From contig JAKQNG010000204.1 of NCBI GenBank assembly GCA_029565915.1, forward strand, positions 8,755-72,754: a stretch of 64,000 nt of DNA. The letters are read 5' to 3'. A program made the translations under genes and the position numbers. Of this stretch, positions 28,878-38,300 are shown piece by piece (position 1 is the stretch's first letter; every line of letters begins with the position of its first letter). The notes beneath the pieces are model-generated. The model had not been told where the DNA came from. It saw only the letters and a program-made list of their open reading frames with translations, and did not search any database. The stretch is from Deltaproteobacteria bacterium. GTDB lineage: Bacteria > Myxococcota_A > Polyangia > JAAYKL01.

Positions 28878-30065
28878 TCAGAGAGCGGAAATCGCGGCGG
28901 TCATCCGGCTAATTCCGTCGTTCACGAGGGACATGGCGACCGCGTACGACAGCCGGAGATATCCGGGGGCGCCGAAGGCGGATCCCGGCACCGTGGCCAC
29001 CCGGGCCTCATCGAGGAGCCATCGGGCCACATCTTCGTCGGTTTTTCCGGCACCGAGGCGGGAGGCCAGTCCGGTGACGTCGGGAAAAACGTAGAACGCA
29101 CCCCGGGGACAGCGACAGGTAACGCCTGCCATGGCATTCAGGCCCCGCACCATCGCGTCGCGACGGTCCGCGTATTCCGAACGCCAGGCCGGCAGGAAAT
29201 CCGCATCCCGGGAAAGGGCTTCCCGGGCGGCAGACTGGGACACGGCGGTGGGACAGGAAATGGTCTGCCCCTGCATGACGGTCATTCCGCGGATGATGTC
29301 CGGATCGCCGATGCCCCAGCCGATCCGCCATCCGGTCATCGCGTAGGATTTGGATACGCCGTCCACGGTGAAAATCCGGTTTCTGCCATCCGCGTTGACG
29401 GCCGTCAGGGCGGGTGCGAACGCAACATCGTCGTACAGCAGATCCCGGTAGATTTCGTCCGACACAACGAGAAGGTTTCGATGGACGGCCAGGTTCACCA
29501 ACGCCCGGAGCGCATCCTCATCGTAGACCGCGCCGGTGGGATTGCACGGCGAATTCAGGACGAGGGCCTTCGTTCGGGGGGTGATCGCCTTTTCGAGGGC
29601 CTCCGGCGACAGGAGCCAGCCGTCTGCCTCGGTGGTGGGAATGCCGACGGGAACGCCGCCGGCGAGGCGCACCTGATCCGGATAGGACACCCAGGCGGGA
29701 AGAGGGACAATCACTTCATCCCCTTCATCGAGGATGGCCATGAAAAGGTTGTACAGCACGTGCTTGGCGCCGGCGCAGATAATCACTTCTTCCGGTTGAC
29801 AGGGAACCCTGCGGACGGATTCGCTCTGCGCAGCCACGGCGCGGCGCAGTTCCATTGTTCCGCTGATGGCCGTGTAGCGGGTGGCGCCGTCCCGCAGCGC
29901 ACTGCAGGCGGCGTCGATAATGTAACGCGGGGTTGGGAAATCCGGTTCGCCGGCGGTAAAGCTGATGACGTCGATTCCCCGGGCTTTCAGGTCCGCCGCG
30001 GTCTGGGTCATCCGCATGGTGGCGGACGGAATGATGCGATCCATTCGCGAAGACATTTTTTTCAT
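28878..30065 (-). CDS. Aspartate/aromatic-type class I aminotransferase.
   Basis: 395 aa. PLP-lysine region SKSYAMTGWRIGW. NPxNPTG motif. Confidence 0.85.
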   Translation of the reverse strand: MKKMSSRMDRIIPSATMRMTQTAADLKARGIDVISFTAGEPDFPTPRYIIDAACSALRDGATRYTAISGTMELRRAVAAQSESVRRVPCQPEEVIICAGAKHVLYNLFMAILDEGDEVIVPLPAWVSYPDQVRLAGGVPVGIPTTEADGWLLSPEALEKAITPRTKALVLNSPCNPTGAVYDEDALRALVNLAVHRNLLVVSDEIYRDLLYDDVAFAPALTAVNADGRNRIFTVDGVSKSYAMTGWRIGWGIGDPDIIRGMTVMQGQTISCPTAVSQSAAREALSRDADFLPAWRSEYADRRDAMVRGLNAMAGVTCRCPRGAFYVFPDVTGLASRLGAGKTDEDVARWLLDEARVATVPGSAFGAPGYLRLSYAVAMSLVNDGISRMTAAISAL

Positions 30066-30114
30066 GGGTTCAACCTCAGTGGGGATGGAAATGGAGGCGA
30101 CCTGAACGATCCGG

Positions 30115-30351
30115 TCAATCCCCCGACTTGTCGTCGGCTTTCCGGATGGCGTCGTCCCCTTCGCCTTTTTTTTCGCCGTCCCCTTTCAGGCCTTCTTTGA
30201 AATTGCGGATGCCTTCTCCGAGCCCCTTGCCGAGTTTGGGCAGCTTGGTGGCACCGAACAGCAGAAAAAGAACTCCCACGATGAGCAGGATTTCTCCCAT
30301 CCCCGGGGGCCCGATCAACGGCATCGCCAGCGCAACGCACAGTAATGTCAT
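30115..30351 (-). CDS. tatA: Twin-arginine translocase TatA/E.
   Basis: MTLLCVALAMPLIGPPGMGEILLIVGVLFLLFGATKLPKLGKGLGEGIRNFKEG. RBS AAGGAG is 7 nt upstream of the ATG at 30351. Confidence 0.75.
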   Translation of the reverse strand: MTLLCVALAMPLIGPPGMGEILLIVGVLFLLFGATKLPKLGKGLGEGIRNFKEGLKGDGEKKGEGDDAIRKADDKSGD

Positions 30352-30427
30352 GACAATCACTCCTTGGCGGAAAGGAACCACCCTCGGTTCGATCCGTATG
30401 CGTGTCATATCACGATTTCCGGCGCGG

Positions 30428-31519
30428 TCACAACGCCCGTCCACCGAATCTGTATTTCGACACAAGAAGTCCGGCCGCCAGGATCGCACCCACCGGGATC
30501 AGCGGAAAAAATGCGCCCTGGAAGGGACTGATGGTTCCTTGTTCCATAAGGACTTCCGCCGCGCGCTCACACAGATGAACAAAGAGGAACAACCCGATTC
30601 CCGGAAGCACGGCCATCGATTTCCGCCGCCAGTTCCCGCTGAAGGCCGCCAGCAGCGATGTGATGCCCAGCAGGAAAAATGACAGCGGACGCGCGTGGCG
30701 CCGCCAGAGCTCGAATTGCCATTGTTCCGGAGATGCGCCGTCACAGGCCGGGCCGCGCAGCGCAGCAGTGGTGCGGCTCATGTGGGCCGGAAGGAATGGA
30801 AGGGAGGACGGGGCATCGGGGAGGTCCACCGCCATGGACAGTGTGCCGAAGGACACGGTCGTTCGCTCGTCGCCGCGGAAGCGGAACAGCTCCCCATCGG
30901 TGACGGCCAGATGGACGCGGCGCAGATGGTCAGGGAAGGTCAGGCGGGCATCAGCGGCCACCAGCAGAACAGCGTCGTCAGGCGTTGTGCGGGACAGGAC
31001 GACACCTTTGTAGTGACCCTTTCCGGCGGATGTATCCGCGTAAAAGGCCAGACCGTTTGCGGGAGTGTAAAAGACACCCCGGTCGAGCGCATCGGCAAGT
31101 CCTTCCGGAATGATTTCCACCGCGAATCGCGCAGCCACACCCCGTGCCGCCGGTGCCCCATCCAGCCACAGGAAGGCGCTGAGCACCGTCAGAAAAAGGG
31201 TCATGAGAACGGGCATCCGCAGCAGGCGGAATCTCGAAATGCCCGCGCTGTCCGTGGCCACAAATTCGCCCCGGACGGACATGGCACCGGCTGTGGCAAA
31301 GGCGCCGATGATGATCGCGGGCGTCAATGCCCAGGCGACGACGGAAACGGACAGACAGGCCATGATCTGTCCCAGCACCAGAGCGGGAATCCCGATGTCG
31401 GTCATGGACGGCAGGAGCCGCAGGAACTGCGTGACGAAAAATGCAACGGTACAGCAGACCAGCGCAATGACTGTCCATCCGGCGAGTTCCCGGGCAATGC
31501 GGCTGTCGAGTCGATTCAT
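30428..31519 (-). CDS. LptF/LptG (YjgP/YjgQ) family permease.
   Basis: Six-TM permease with a large periplasmic loop. N-terminus MNRLDSRIARELAG. ATG at 31519. Confidence 0.65.
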   Translation of the reverse strand: MNRLDSRIARELAGWTVIALVCCTVAFFVTQFLRLLPSMTDIGIPALVLGQIMACLSVSVVAWALTPAIIIGAFATAGAMSVRGEFVATDSAGISRFRLLRMPVLMTLFLTVLSAFLWLDGAPAARGVAARFAVEIIPEGLADALDRGVFYTPANGLAFYADTSAGKGHYKGVVLSRTTPDDAVLLVAADARLTFPDHLRRVHLAVTDGELFRFRGDERTTVSFGTLSMAVDLPDAPSSLPFLPAHMSRTTAALRGPACDGASPEQWQFELWRRHARPLSFFLLGITSLLAAFSGNWRRKSMAVLPGIGLFLFVHLCERAAEVLMEQGTISPFQGAFFPLIPVGAILAAGLLVSKYRFGGRAL

Positions 31520-31651
31520 GTTTTCTTCCTGAAAGGTGGGCAGATGCCGCGCCCGTGCGTTCAAAGATTCCCTCGCAAAACCCCACCCGCTCTGATAAGA
31601 AAGGCTATCCGAACACATGTCTTGTGTACAAACAATAAGGAAGGTGCGCAG

Positions 31652-32275
31652 ATGGACGCCAGAGTAATACTAGACAAGGTCATCGAACTCGATAAGGAAA
31701 TCGCGACGCTGCAGAATCGGTTCGATGAACTGCCGACAGAGGATCAGGCGGCTGCCCTGACGACCCTGTTTGACAACCAGTTGAAATCCACGGGAGAACT
31801 GGATGAAGATATCCGCCCGTTCTACCGGGTGGTGGAAATGATGAGCACCATCGACGGCGCCGCCCTGCTGCTGGCCCGGGGTCTGTCCCATTCCAACGAA
31901 GGCGTCCGCCACGTGTGCGGTGATGTCCTGTCCCACATTGCGGCGGAGGACGGACTTGCGGCCATTGCTCCCGCGGTGGAACACGCCATCCGGATGCAGG
32001 ATCTCTCGGCCCGGGAGATGCCCTATATTCTGTCTCTGATCGAGGACCCGGCCGCGGTGGCCCAGATTCACCGTTTTCTGGACAGCGAAGACACGGAGGT
32101 GGTGTATCAGGCCATCGAAGCCTGCGCCAACCTGTCGGACATGGACTCCCTGCCGCCCCTGCGCCGCCTGATAGACGATGATCGGGAAATCGACATTGAT
32201 GACGAGGAAGGACCGGTCACCATCGGCATGCTGGCCCGGGAAGCCATTGAGATCATTGAGTCGGACGAGGAGTAG
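31652..32275 (+). CDS. HEAT-repeat protein.
   Basis: RBS AAGGAAGG. Repeated ...AA.LL....SHSNEGVRHVCGDVL... HEAT/PBS-lyase-like units. Acidic C-terminus. Confidence 0.5.
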   Translation: MDARVILDKVIELDKEIATLQNRFDELPTEDQAAALTTLFDNQLKSTGELDEDIRPFYRVVEMMSTIDGAALLLARGLSHSNEGVRHVCGDVLSHIAAEDGLAAIAPAVEHAIRMQDLSAREMPYILSLIEDPAAVAQIHRFLDSEDTEVVYQAIEACANLSDMDSLPPLRRLIDDDREIDIDDEEGPVTIGMLAREAIEIIESDEE

Positions 32276-32278
32276 GAA

Positions 32279-33193
32279 ATGAAGCGCGATTTTCTGTCTG
32301 TCATCGATTTCAGTGCCGCGGAGCTGCGCGCGAACATCCACCTCGCGGCGGAATTAAAAGCCAAGGCGAAGCAGGGAATTTTTCCCGATGTGCTGAAAAA
32401 AGGCGTCGGCGCCCTCATTTTTCACAAACAGTCGCTGCGCACGCGGGCTTCCTTTGAAGTGGCATTCCATCAGCTCGGCGGCAGCGCTGTGTACATCACG
32501 GACAAGGAAATCGAACTGGGCAAGCGGGAATCCATTGCGGATGTCGCCCGGGTGATGAGCCGGTTCTTCAAGGTTATCTGCATCCGCACCTACTCGCACA
32601 GCGACGTGGAAGAGCTCGCCCGCTGGTCGGACGTGCCCGTGGTCAACATGCTGACCGATCTGCTGCACCCCTGCCAGTTGATGGCGGACATGCTCACGAT
32701 TCTCGAACACCGCGGCACCATTGACCATCTGCGTGTCACCTACATGGGGGACGGCAACAACATGACCAATTCCTGGATGCGGATGGCCCAGCGGATTCCC
32801 ATGCGCCTGACGGTGGGCACCTCGCCGGATACCCTTCCGGACATGGGCATCTTCAAGGAAACCAACGATGCGGGTCTCTCCGAGGTCATCATCGAACACG
32901 ATCCCGTCCGCGCAGTACAGGATGCCGATGTGATCTACACCGATGTGTGGGCTTCCATGGGTGCGAAGGATAAGATCGACGAACAGATTCGCCGACTGTC
33001 GCCCTATCAGGTGAACCTCGACCTCGTGAAGCACGCGAAGAAGGATGTCACCATCATGCACTGCCTGCCCGCGGAACGGGGCCGGGAAATCACCGGGGAG
33101 GTGATGGACCTGCCCAACACGGTGGTCTTCGACGAAGCGGAAAACCGCCTCCACGCCCAGAAGGCCATTCTCGTCAAACTCCTCGAAGGCTGA
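32279..33193 (+). CDS. argF: Ornithine carbamoyltransferase.
   Basis: STRTR-type motif (SLRTRASFE). DVWASMG and HCLPA motifs. Confidence 0.9.
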   Translation: MKRDFLSVIDFSAAELRANIHLAAELKAKAKQGIFPDVLKKGVGALIFHKQSLRTRASFEVAFHQLGGSAVYITDKEIELGKRESIADVARVMSRFFKVICIRTYSHSDVEELARWSDVPVVNMLTDLLHPCQLMADMLTILEHRGTIDHLRVTYMGDGNNMTNSWMRMAQRIPMRLTVGTSPDTLPDMGIFKETNDAGLSEVIIEHDPVRAVQDADVIYTDVWASMGAKDKIDEQIRRLSPYQVNLDLVKHAKKDVTIMHCLPAERGREITGEVMDLPNTVVFDEAENRLHAQKAILVKLLEG

Positions 33194-33220
33194 TCGCCGC
33201 TGTCTGCGCAGTTGTTTCGT

Positions 33221-33604
33221 TCACCGGGGCGGTGGAAGGGAATTGCGGACCACCTCGTCGATGACCGCGTCGTCGTCCCCCAGATTGATGCTCACCAGTC
33301 GTCGCAGGTGGGTGACCGATTCGAGGGAAACGCCGTCCATGACGAACTGCACACCCAGGCGGCCTTCCGATTCCCGCACGATCCGCCCGCCGACGATAAT
33401 GTCCAGGGGTTCGGATCCGCCTTCGAGATGGATGGATGCCCGGACCTGTGTGCCCGGTGCCAGTTTCGCATCGGACACCACCAGCATGCCCGCCATGCTG
33501 AGGTTCTTCACGTCTCCCCGGGCCAGTGGATTGCCGGATGTGTCCGACAGCCGGGCGGTCGTTTGAAAGGACACCCGGGAGAACTGTCGCTTATCTTCGG
33601 TCAT
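33221..33604 (-). CDS. PilZ-domain protein, last gene of the Mla-like operon.
   Basis: RxxxR motif RQFSR and NLSMAG ((D/N)xSxxG motif). ATG at 33604. Confidence 0.7.
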   Translation of the reverse strand: MTEDKRQFSRVSFQTTARLSDTSGNPLARGDVKNLSMAGMLVVSDAKLAPGTQVRASIHLEGGSEPLDIIVGGRIVRESEGRLGVQFVMDGVSLESVTHLRRLVSINLGDDDAVIDEVVRNSLPPPR

Positions 33605-33612
33605 GACAGGTG

Positions 33613-34191
33613 TCAGAACCACCAGCGGGCGCCGGCGGCCACCCAGAACAGCTGGAAACCGATGGGGTCGGGCCGGAACAGGCGGATGGCCGGATTCGCT
33701 TCCACGAAGCACTCCAGCGGGAATTTCTTGAACCAGAGGCTGACGCCGGTCACCAGCCGGATGAACATGGCGGCATACCATTCATCGCGGTAATAATAAT
33801 TGTCATACACGTAGCGCCCGTCCCAGTCCGCGTAGTACCAGCCCCGGAAGAGCCCCAGCGCCACGCCCCCGCCGATGGTGAGATTGAGGGCGCAGGTCTT
33901 CCATCCGTCATAGATGACCACTGGATGAAAAATGACATCGATGCCGGTGATGAACATGGAATGATAATAGTCGTTCCATCCCCAGCCGCCGCCGCCCAGG
34001 TAGAACTGGAAGCCGAAAACCTCCACGGGGAGGACTTTTGCGGTGATGGCCGTTGGATCGCCGAGCTGGAGGCCGACGCCGAAGACTTCGTTGCCGGTGA
34101 GGGTGCGGGCTTCGCTGGTTGCGGGCAGGACGAGGAGCGCGAACGCAGCAACAATCAGTGCCATACGGATTTTAGTATTCATGTAACGCAC
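33613..34191 (-). CDS. Small outer-membrane beta-barrel protein (Trp/Tyr-rich, C-terminal Phe).
   Basis: Signal peptide ending ATSEA. Aromatic-girdle-rich strands. Terminal ...ARWWF. Confidence 0.55.
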   Translation of the reverse strand: MRYMNTKIRMALIVAAFALLVLPATSEARTLTGNEVFGVGLQLGDPTAITAKVLPVEVFGFQFYLGGGGWGWNDYYHSMFITGIDVIFHPVVIYDGWKTCALNLTIGGGVALGLFRGWYYADWDGRYVYDNYYYRDEWYAAMFIRLVTGVSLWFKKFPLECFVEANPAIRLFRPDPIGFQLFWVAAGARWWF

Positions 34192-34244
34192 GATATCACA
34201 GGGGGGTTCAGGTGTCGACAGGCAAAGGGGATCAATCCCGGGAC

Positions 34245-35348
34245 TCAGGGGTTGTCCTTCTTCATCTTCTTGATGACGTCCTTCGCTTCGTCGTCGAGGA
34301 GCCAGGTCTTCTGCAGGGCCTTCAACACGATGGACAGCTCCCGCATGGTGGCGTTCAGCTCCTTGGCCATGCCGGGTATCTCCGGTCCGATTTTCGCCAT
34401 CTGCACCGAGAGGGTCGTCATGTTGCGCACGAGTTGTTCGATCTGCTGCTCCTTGGTCAGTTGCGCCATGGATACCAGCATTTTGTCCAGCTTGCCGTCG
34501 TTCAGCAGTCGATCGGTTCCCGTCAGCGTCTTCTGCAGGGGCGCTTCCGGTTCGGTGATTTCGTTGAGGCGCGCTATCAGCTTGTCGCTTTTGTTGATCA
34601 GTGACTTCACCTTCTCCGGCTCCAGCGACACCGCCAGTGTTTCGATGAGTTGTTTTGTTTTCTTGTCGCCCATCATGTCCGCTGTATTCTTGAACGCGCG
34701 CGGCACATTCGGATCGGTGACGACTGCCAGCAGGGGTTCGTCGATATCTGTAAAGAACTGATTCATGACATCAAGGGTGGGACCCAGCTTGTCGAAGGAT
34801 TCCAGCATCCGCTCCAGCCGGTCCTGCTCGTCCAGCTTGGTCATCACCACGTCCAGGGATTTCACGGCCCGGTCCATGGTTTCCATGTATTTGCCCAGAT
34901 CCAGGGAGGACACCACGTCGAGCAGGTCCCGCGGTTCATCCACGGGTATCGCCGCGTCCGGGGGCAGCTGGGGCATGGGGCCCTTTGACTCCGGCGGCAG
35001 ATAGAGCAGGACGCGCTTTTCACCGATGCCCAGAGCGCGCCGGATCTCGGCCCGGATCCCGCTGGTAATCCGGTAGGCGTGGACGGTCAGGATGGAGAGG
35101 GTCACGTCGATGCGACCGTCCTTGAGAATGGTCATGTCACCCACCCGGCCGATTTCCACACCGGAAAACAGCACCGGAGAGCCCTTGCTCAGGCCGTCGC
35201 CGCGCACCACGTACACATGGTAGGACGTCTTCGGCGTGAACCAGAGGTTTTCCACCGCGGCGCCGATGATGAACAGCGAGACCAGCACGATGGTCACGAG
35301 AATGAAGAAACCGGCGATCCGCTCGCGATAGGTCAGGTAAATTTTCAC
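34245..35348 (-). CDS. mlaD: MlaD/MCE-domain protein with a long C-terminal helical extension.
   Basis: N-terminal TM helix, then the MCE core (YHVYVVRGDGLSKGSPVLFSGVEIGRVGDM). Confidence 0.8.
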   Translation of the reverse strand: MKIYLTYRERIAGFFILVTIVLVSLFIIGAAVENLWFTPKTSYHVYVVRGDGLSKGSPVLFSGVEIGRVGDMTILKDGRIDVTLSILTVHAYRITSGIRAEIRRALGIGEKRVLLYLPPESKGPMPQLPPDAAIPVDEPRDLLDVVSSLDLGKYMETMDRAVKSLDVVMTKLDEQDRLERMLESFDKLGPTLDVMNQFFTDIDEPLLAVVTDPNVPRAFKNTADMMGDKKTKQLIETLAVSLEPEKVKSLINKSDKLIARLNEITEPEAPLQKTLTGTDRLLNDGKLDKMLVSMAQLTKEQQIEQLVRNMTTLSVQMAKIGPEIPGMAKELNATMRELSIVLKALQKTWLLDDEAKDVIKKMKKDNP

Positions 35349-35359
35349 GGTGTTCTCCT

Positions 35360-36055
35360 TCAGACGCTGCGTTCTTTGTACTCTACCACGATTCCGCCCC
35401 GCTCCTCCAGCCAGCTTTCAAAGCCCCGGTTCCGCCGTGACGCGCAGATGCAGATGCCCGACCGACCGGTCTGGTGCCAGGCCACGAGTTGCCGCCAGGC
35501 GATGCCGGTGCCGCTGTCCATGGCCCAGTCTCCGATGCCCTCCAGCACCAGATAGGCGGGCGACAGCACCATGGCCCGGGCGAGACAGGTGCGCCACCGC
35601 GTGAAGCCGTCCACCATGTGGGGCCGCTGATCGGCTACCGCGTGCAGACCAAACGCCTCAATGTAACGGTGGACCAGCGCAGTTTCTTCTTCGAGGGGCA
35701 ACCGGGCGTGTTCCGAGACGGGCAGCGCCACATTGTCCCGGATGGTCCGGTTGGACAGCAGGCCGCCGTATCCCTGCACGAATCCCAGTCGGGCGCGCAG
35801 CCGCTGGACCTCGCGATATCCGATGTTGTAGACGTCCTGCTCAAACACTTCCACGGTGCCGCGGGTGGGCGGGTGCAGGCTGATCAGGCATCGGGCGATG
35901 GTGCCCGCCGGATCCATGGCGGGGTCGGGATTTTCGGGCACGAGGGCCATCCACTGTCCCGCGTGAAGCCGTACGGGCGGAATGACGCAGACAACGGAGC
36001 CCACGGTAATCCGCAGGCCGTCCGTCAGGCGCAGGATGCATGGCAACCCGGTCAC
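35360..36055 (-). CDS. MlaF-like ABC ATPase homologue with all catalytic motifs degenerate (pseudo-ATPase).
   Basis: Homology to MlaF over LGFVQGYGGLLSNRTIRDNVALPVSEHARLP and ...TCLARAMVLSPAYLVLEG. Walker A is replaced by ENPDPAMD. Signature LSGGM is replaced by DGFTRW. Walker B DE becomes EG. The H-loop His is absent (CICAS). Proposed GTG start overlaps the mlaE stop (GTGGTGA). Confidence 0.55.
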   Translation of the reverse strand: MTGLPCILRLTDGLRITVGSVVCVIPPVRLHAGQWMALVPENPDPAMDPAGTIARCLISLHPPTRGTVEVFEQDVYNIGYREVQRLRARLGFVQGYGGLLSNRTIRDNVALPVSEHARLPLEEETALVHRYIEAFGLHAVADQRPHMVDGFTRWRTCLARAMVLSPAYLVLEGIGDWAMDSGTGIAWRQLVAWHQTGRSGICICASRRNRGFESWLEERGGIVVEYKERSV

Positions 36056-36876
36056 CACATGCCTCCAAAGAAGATATTGGCGTCGTTGGACAGCACCATG
36101 ACAAACGAAGCGCCCAGATCGACGGTGAGCAGAAATACCAGGCTGTTCAGGGAGGCCCTTGAAACGGCCACGGGCACCTCCGTCGAGGAACTCTCCACGC
36201 TCATGCCGTGGTAGCAGGCGATCACAAAGACGCCGATACCGCCGAGGACCACCTTGAAGGACAACCCGAACAGATCCATGGGCGTCACGGCCTTGAACAG
36301 GGAGCTGAAAAATGCTTCCGCGGGGATGGACACCAGGAGCTGGGCAACGACGAACCCGCATACCAGGGCCACCGCGTTGAACACCACGTTCAATCCGAAG
36401 AACGAAATCAGGCCACCGAAGATGCGCGGGGTGATCAACTGGCGAACCGGTGAAATGCCCATCGCCTCCAGGGCTTCGATTTCCCGCTGCACGCGCATGA
36501 AACCCAGCTCTGCGGCGATGGCCGTGATGGAGCGCACAATGACGATGCCGCCGGTGAGCAGGGGCGCCAGCTCCCGGATGACCACCACGGTGACCATCTT
36601 TCCGATGTTTTCTGCCCCCGACATCATGCCACCCACACCGCCCAGGCCGCTGACGATAGCGAGGGTTCCCACGCCCAGCGCGACGATGACGACGGGGCCC
36701 ACCGCCTGCACGCCGGTGAAGTAGATCTGCAGAAATACCTGCCGCATGAAATCCCGCTGGCCCAGGTCGCGGTTGGTCCAGATGACCTTGATGGACAGGT
36801 AGAACAGGGCCACCAGCATGAACAGATACTGGAAGAATCCAAAGCCGGCTCTGCCTGTCCGTTGTAGAATATCCAT
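36052..36876 (-). CDS. mlaE: MlaE-family ABC permease.
   Basis: EIEALEAMGISPVRQLITPRIFGGLIS (EAA-like loop). Multiple TM segments. RBS AAGGAGGA precedes the ATG at 36876. Confidence 0.8.
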   Translation of the reverse strand: MDILQRTGRAGFGFFQYLFMLVALFYLSIKVIWTNRDLGQRDFMRQVFLQIYFTGVQAVGPVVIVALGVGTLAIVSGLGGVGGMMSGAENIGKMVTVVVIRELAPLLTGGIVIVRSITAIAAELGFMRVQREIEALEAMGISPVRQLITPRIFGGLISFFGLNVVFNAVALVCGFVVAQLLVSIPAEAFFSSLFKAVTPMDLFGLSFKVVLGGIGVFVIACYHGMSVESSSTEVPVAVSRASLNSLVFLLTVDLGASFVMVLSNDANIFFGGMW

Positions 36877-36987
36877 GGGGATCCGCCGCTCCTCCTTGTC
36901 GGGACGCATGCGCCGTTGCAGATTGTCAACGTCCCGGGTTTGTATCATAGAATCGCCCCGGAATGTACCATCATTCCATTCGGATTC

Positions 36988-37761
36988 ATGGTCGGCAATA
37001 CCCGGAACACGACACCCCTGCCGCTTCACGTTACCGCCGTCGGCGAAGGGCCGCCGGTGGTCTGTCTGCCGGGACTCGGCTTGTCGGCGGTGATTTTTTC
37101 ACCCCTGGCGCCCCATCTGCCGGACGTGGGGCTCATGCTGGTGGACAATCCCGGCGCCGGCGCCAGCCCCGCACCGAAGGGAGACTACACCATCCAGTGG
37201 ATGGCGGATTGCACCGCTGACCTGATTGACCGCATGTCCATTGCACCCTGCGCGGTAGTCGGTCATTCAATGGGTGGATTCATCGCCCTGCAGCTGGCCC
37301 TCGACCATCCCGACCTCGTATCGCGCATCGCGCTCATCGCATCGAGCCCGGTGTATCTGCACGGCGGGTTGCGACTCGACGAAAAGGGCGATGCGTCCCG
37401 GATCATCCGCGCCAATCTCGGCCGCTTGACGGCCCCGGCCTTCCGCGCGAAGGGTGACGCCTTCGAACGGGTGGTCGAGGACGTGGTGCGCACGGCCGGT
37501 CCCGGCCGGGGATTTGCGGGTCAACTGGCCGCCGCCCGGGCCTTCGATGTCACCGACCGGCTGCAGGATATCCGTTGCGATGCGCTGATCATCCACGGCG
37601 CGCAGGATGCCATCGTCCCTGAATCGACGGCCCGGTTCCTGCACGACAACATCTACCGCAGCCACCTCGCCGTCATCGAAGCGTCCGGCCATCTGCCCAC
37701 CGTGGAAACGCCCGAAGAGACCGCTTCGCTGCTGCGGTCGTTCATCGGTCAACGGTCATAA
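36988..37761 (+). CDS. Alpha/beta hydrolase.
   Basis: Nucleophile elbow GHSMGG. HGxxD and His motifs near the C-terminus. The start is chosen to avoid overlapping the divergent mlaE. Confidence 0.7.
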   Translation: MVGNTRNTTPLPLHVTAVGEGPPVVCLPGLGLSAVIFSPLAPHLPDVGLMLVDNPGAGASPAPKGDYTIQWMADCTADLIDRMSIAPCAVVGHSMGGFIALQLALDHPDLVSRIALIASSPVYLHGGLRLDEKGDASRIIRANLGRLTAPAFRAKGDAFERVVEDVVRTAGPGRGFAGQLAAARAFDVTDRLQDIRCDALIIHGAQDAIVPESTARFLHDNIYRSHLAVIEASGHLPTVETPEETASLLRSFIGQRS

Positions 37762-37802
37762 GTTTCTGTCGTAGGTTCCGCCGGATCAGCGTGTCGGCGC
37801 AT

Positions 37803-38291
37803 TCATTGGCACGGGGTGGTCGGCAGTCCCGCGGCGGTCCATGCGTCGATGCCGCCGTCCAGAATCCACAGGGATGTGTATCCGCTTTCCTGAAGGGTCG
37901 TGAAGGCACTCTCGCTGCGTACGCCCCGCCGGCAGTAAATCAGGATGTCCGCATCAACGGAAACTTCGGTGAGGCGATCCGGCAGCTGATCCCAGGGAAT
38001 CAGCAGGGATTCGCCGATGCAGCCGAGCTCGTAGAATTCCACGTCGGCCACGTTGAGCAGCAGCAGGTCTGCACCTCCTTCGAGGGCGGCCGACAACTGG
38101 TCCGGAGAAACGAATTTCTGCGCAGGAAGCGATGCCGTTTCGCTGTTGCTGTCCTCGTCTTCCGAGGACGACGTGTCTGCGCCCGTCGCGGAGGTATCGG
38201 AATCCCCGTCCGGTGGCGACGGGGAGTCGGCGCAACGACCGCCGAGCAGCGCCGGCGCGAAAAAAAGCAGGAGAACAGATATGGTTTTCAT
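37803..38291 (-). CDS. Secreted rhodanese-domain sulfurtransferase with an acidic N-terminal linker.
   Basis: Signal peptide. Active-site loop YCRRGVRS. Confidence 0.75.
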   Translation of the reverse strand: MKTISVLLLFFAPALLGGRCADSPSPPDGDSDTSATGADTSSSEDEDSNSETASLPAQKFVSPDQLSAALEGGADLLLLNVADVEFYELGCIGESLLIPWDQLPDRLTEVSVDADILIYCRRGVRSESAFTTLQESGYTSLWILDGGIDAWTAAGLPTTPCQ

Positions 38292-38300
38292 GGTTGTTCC

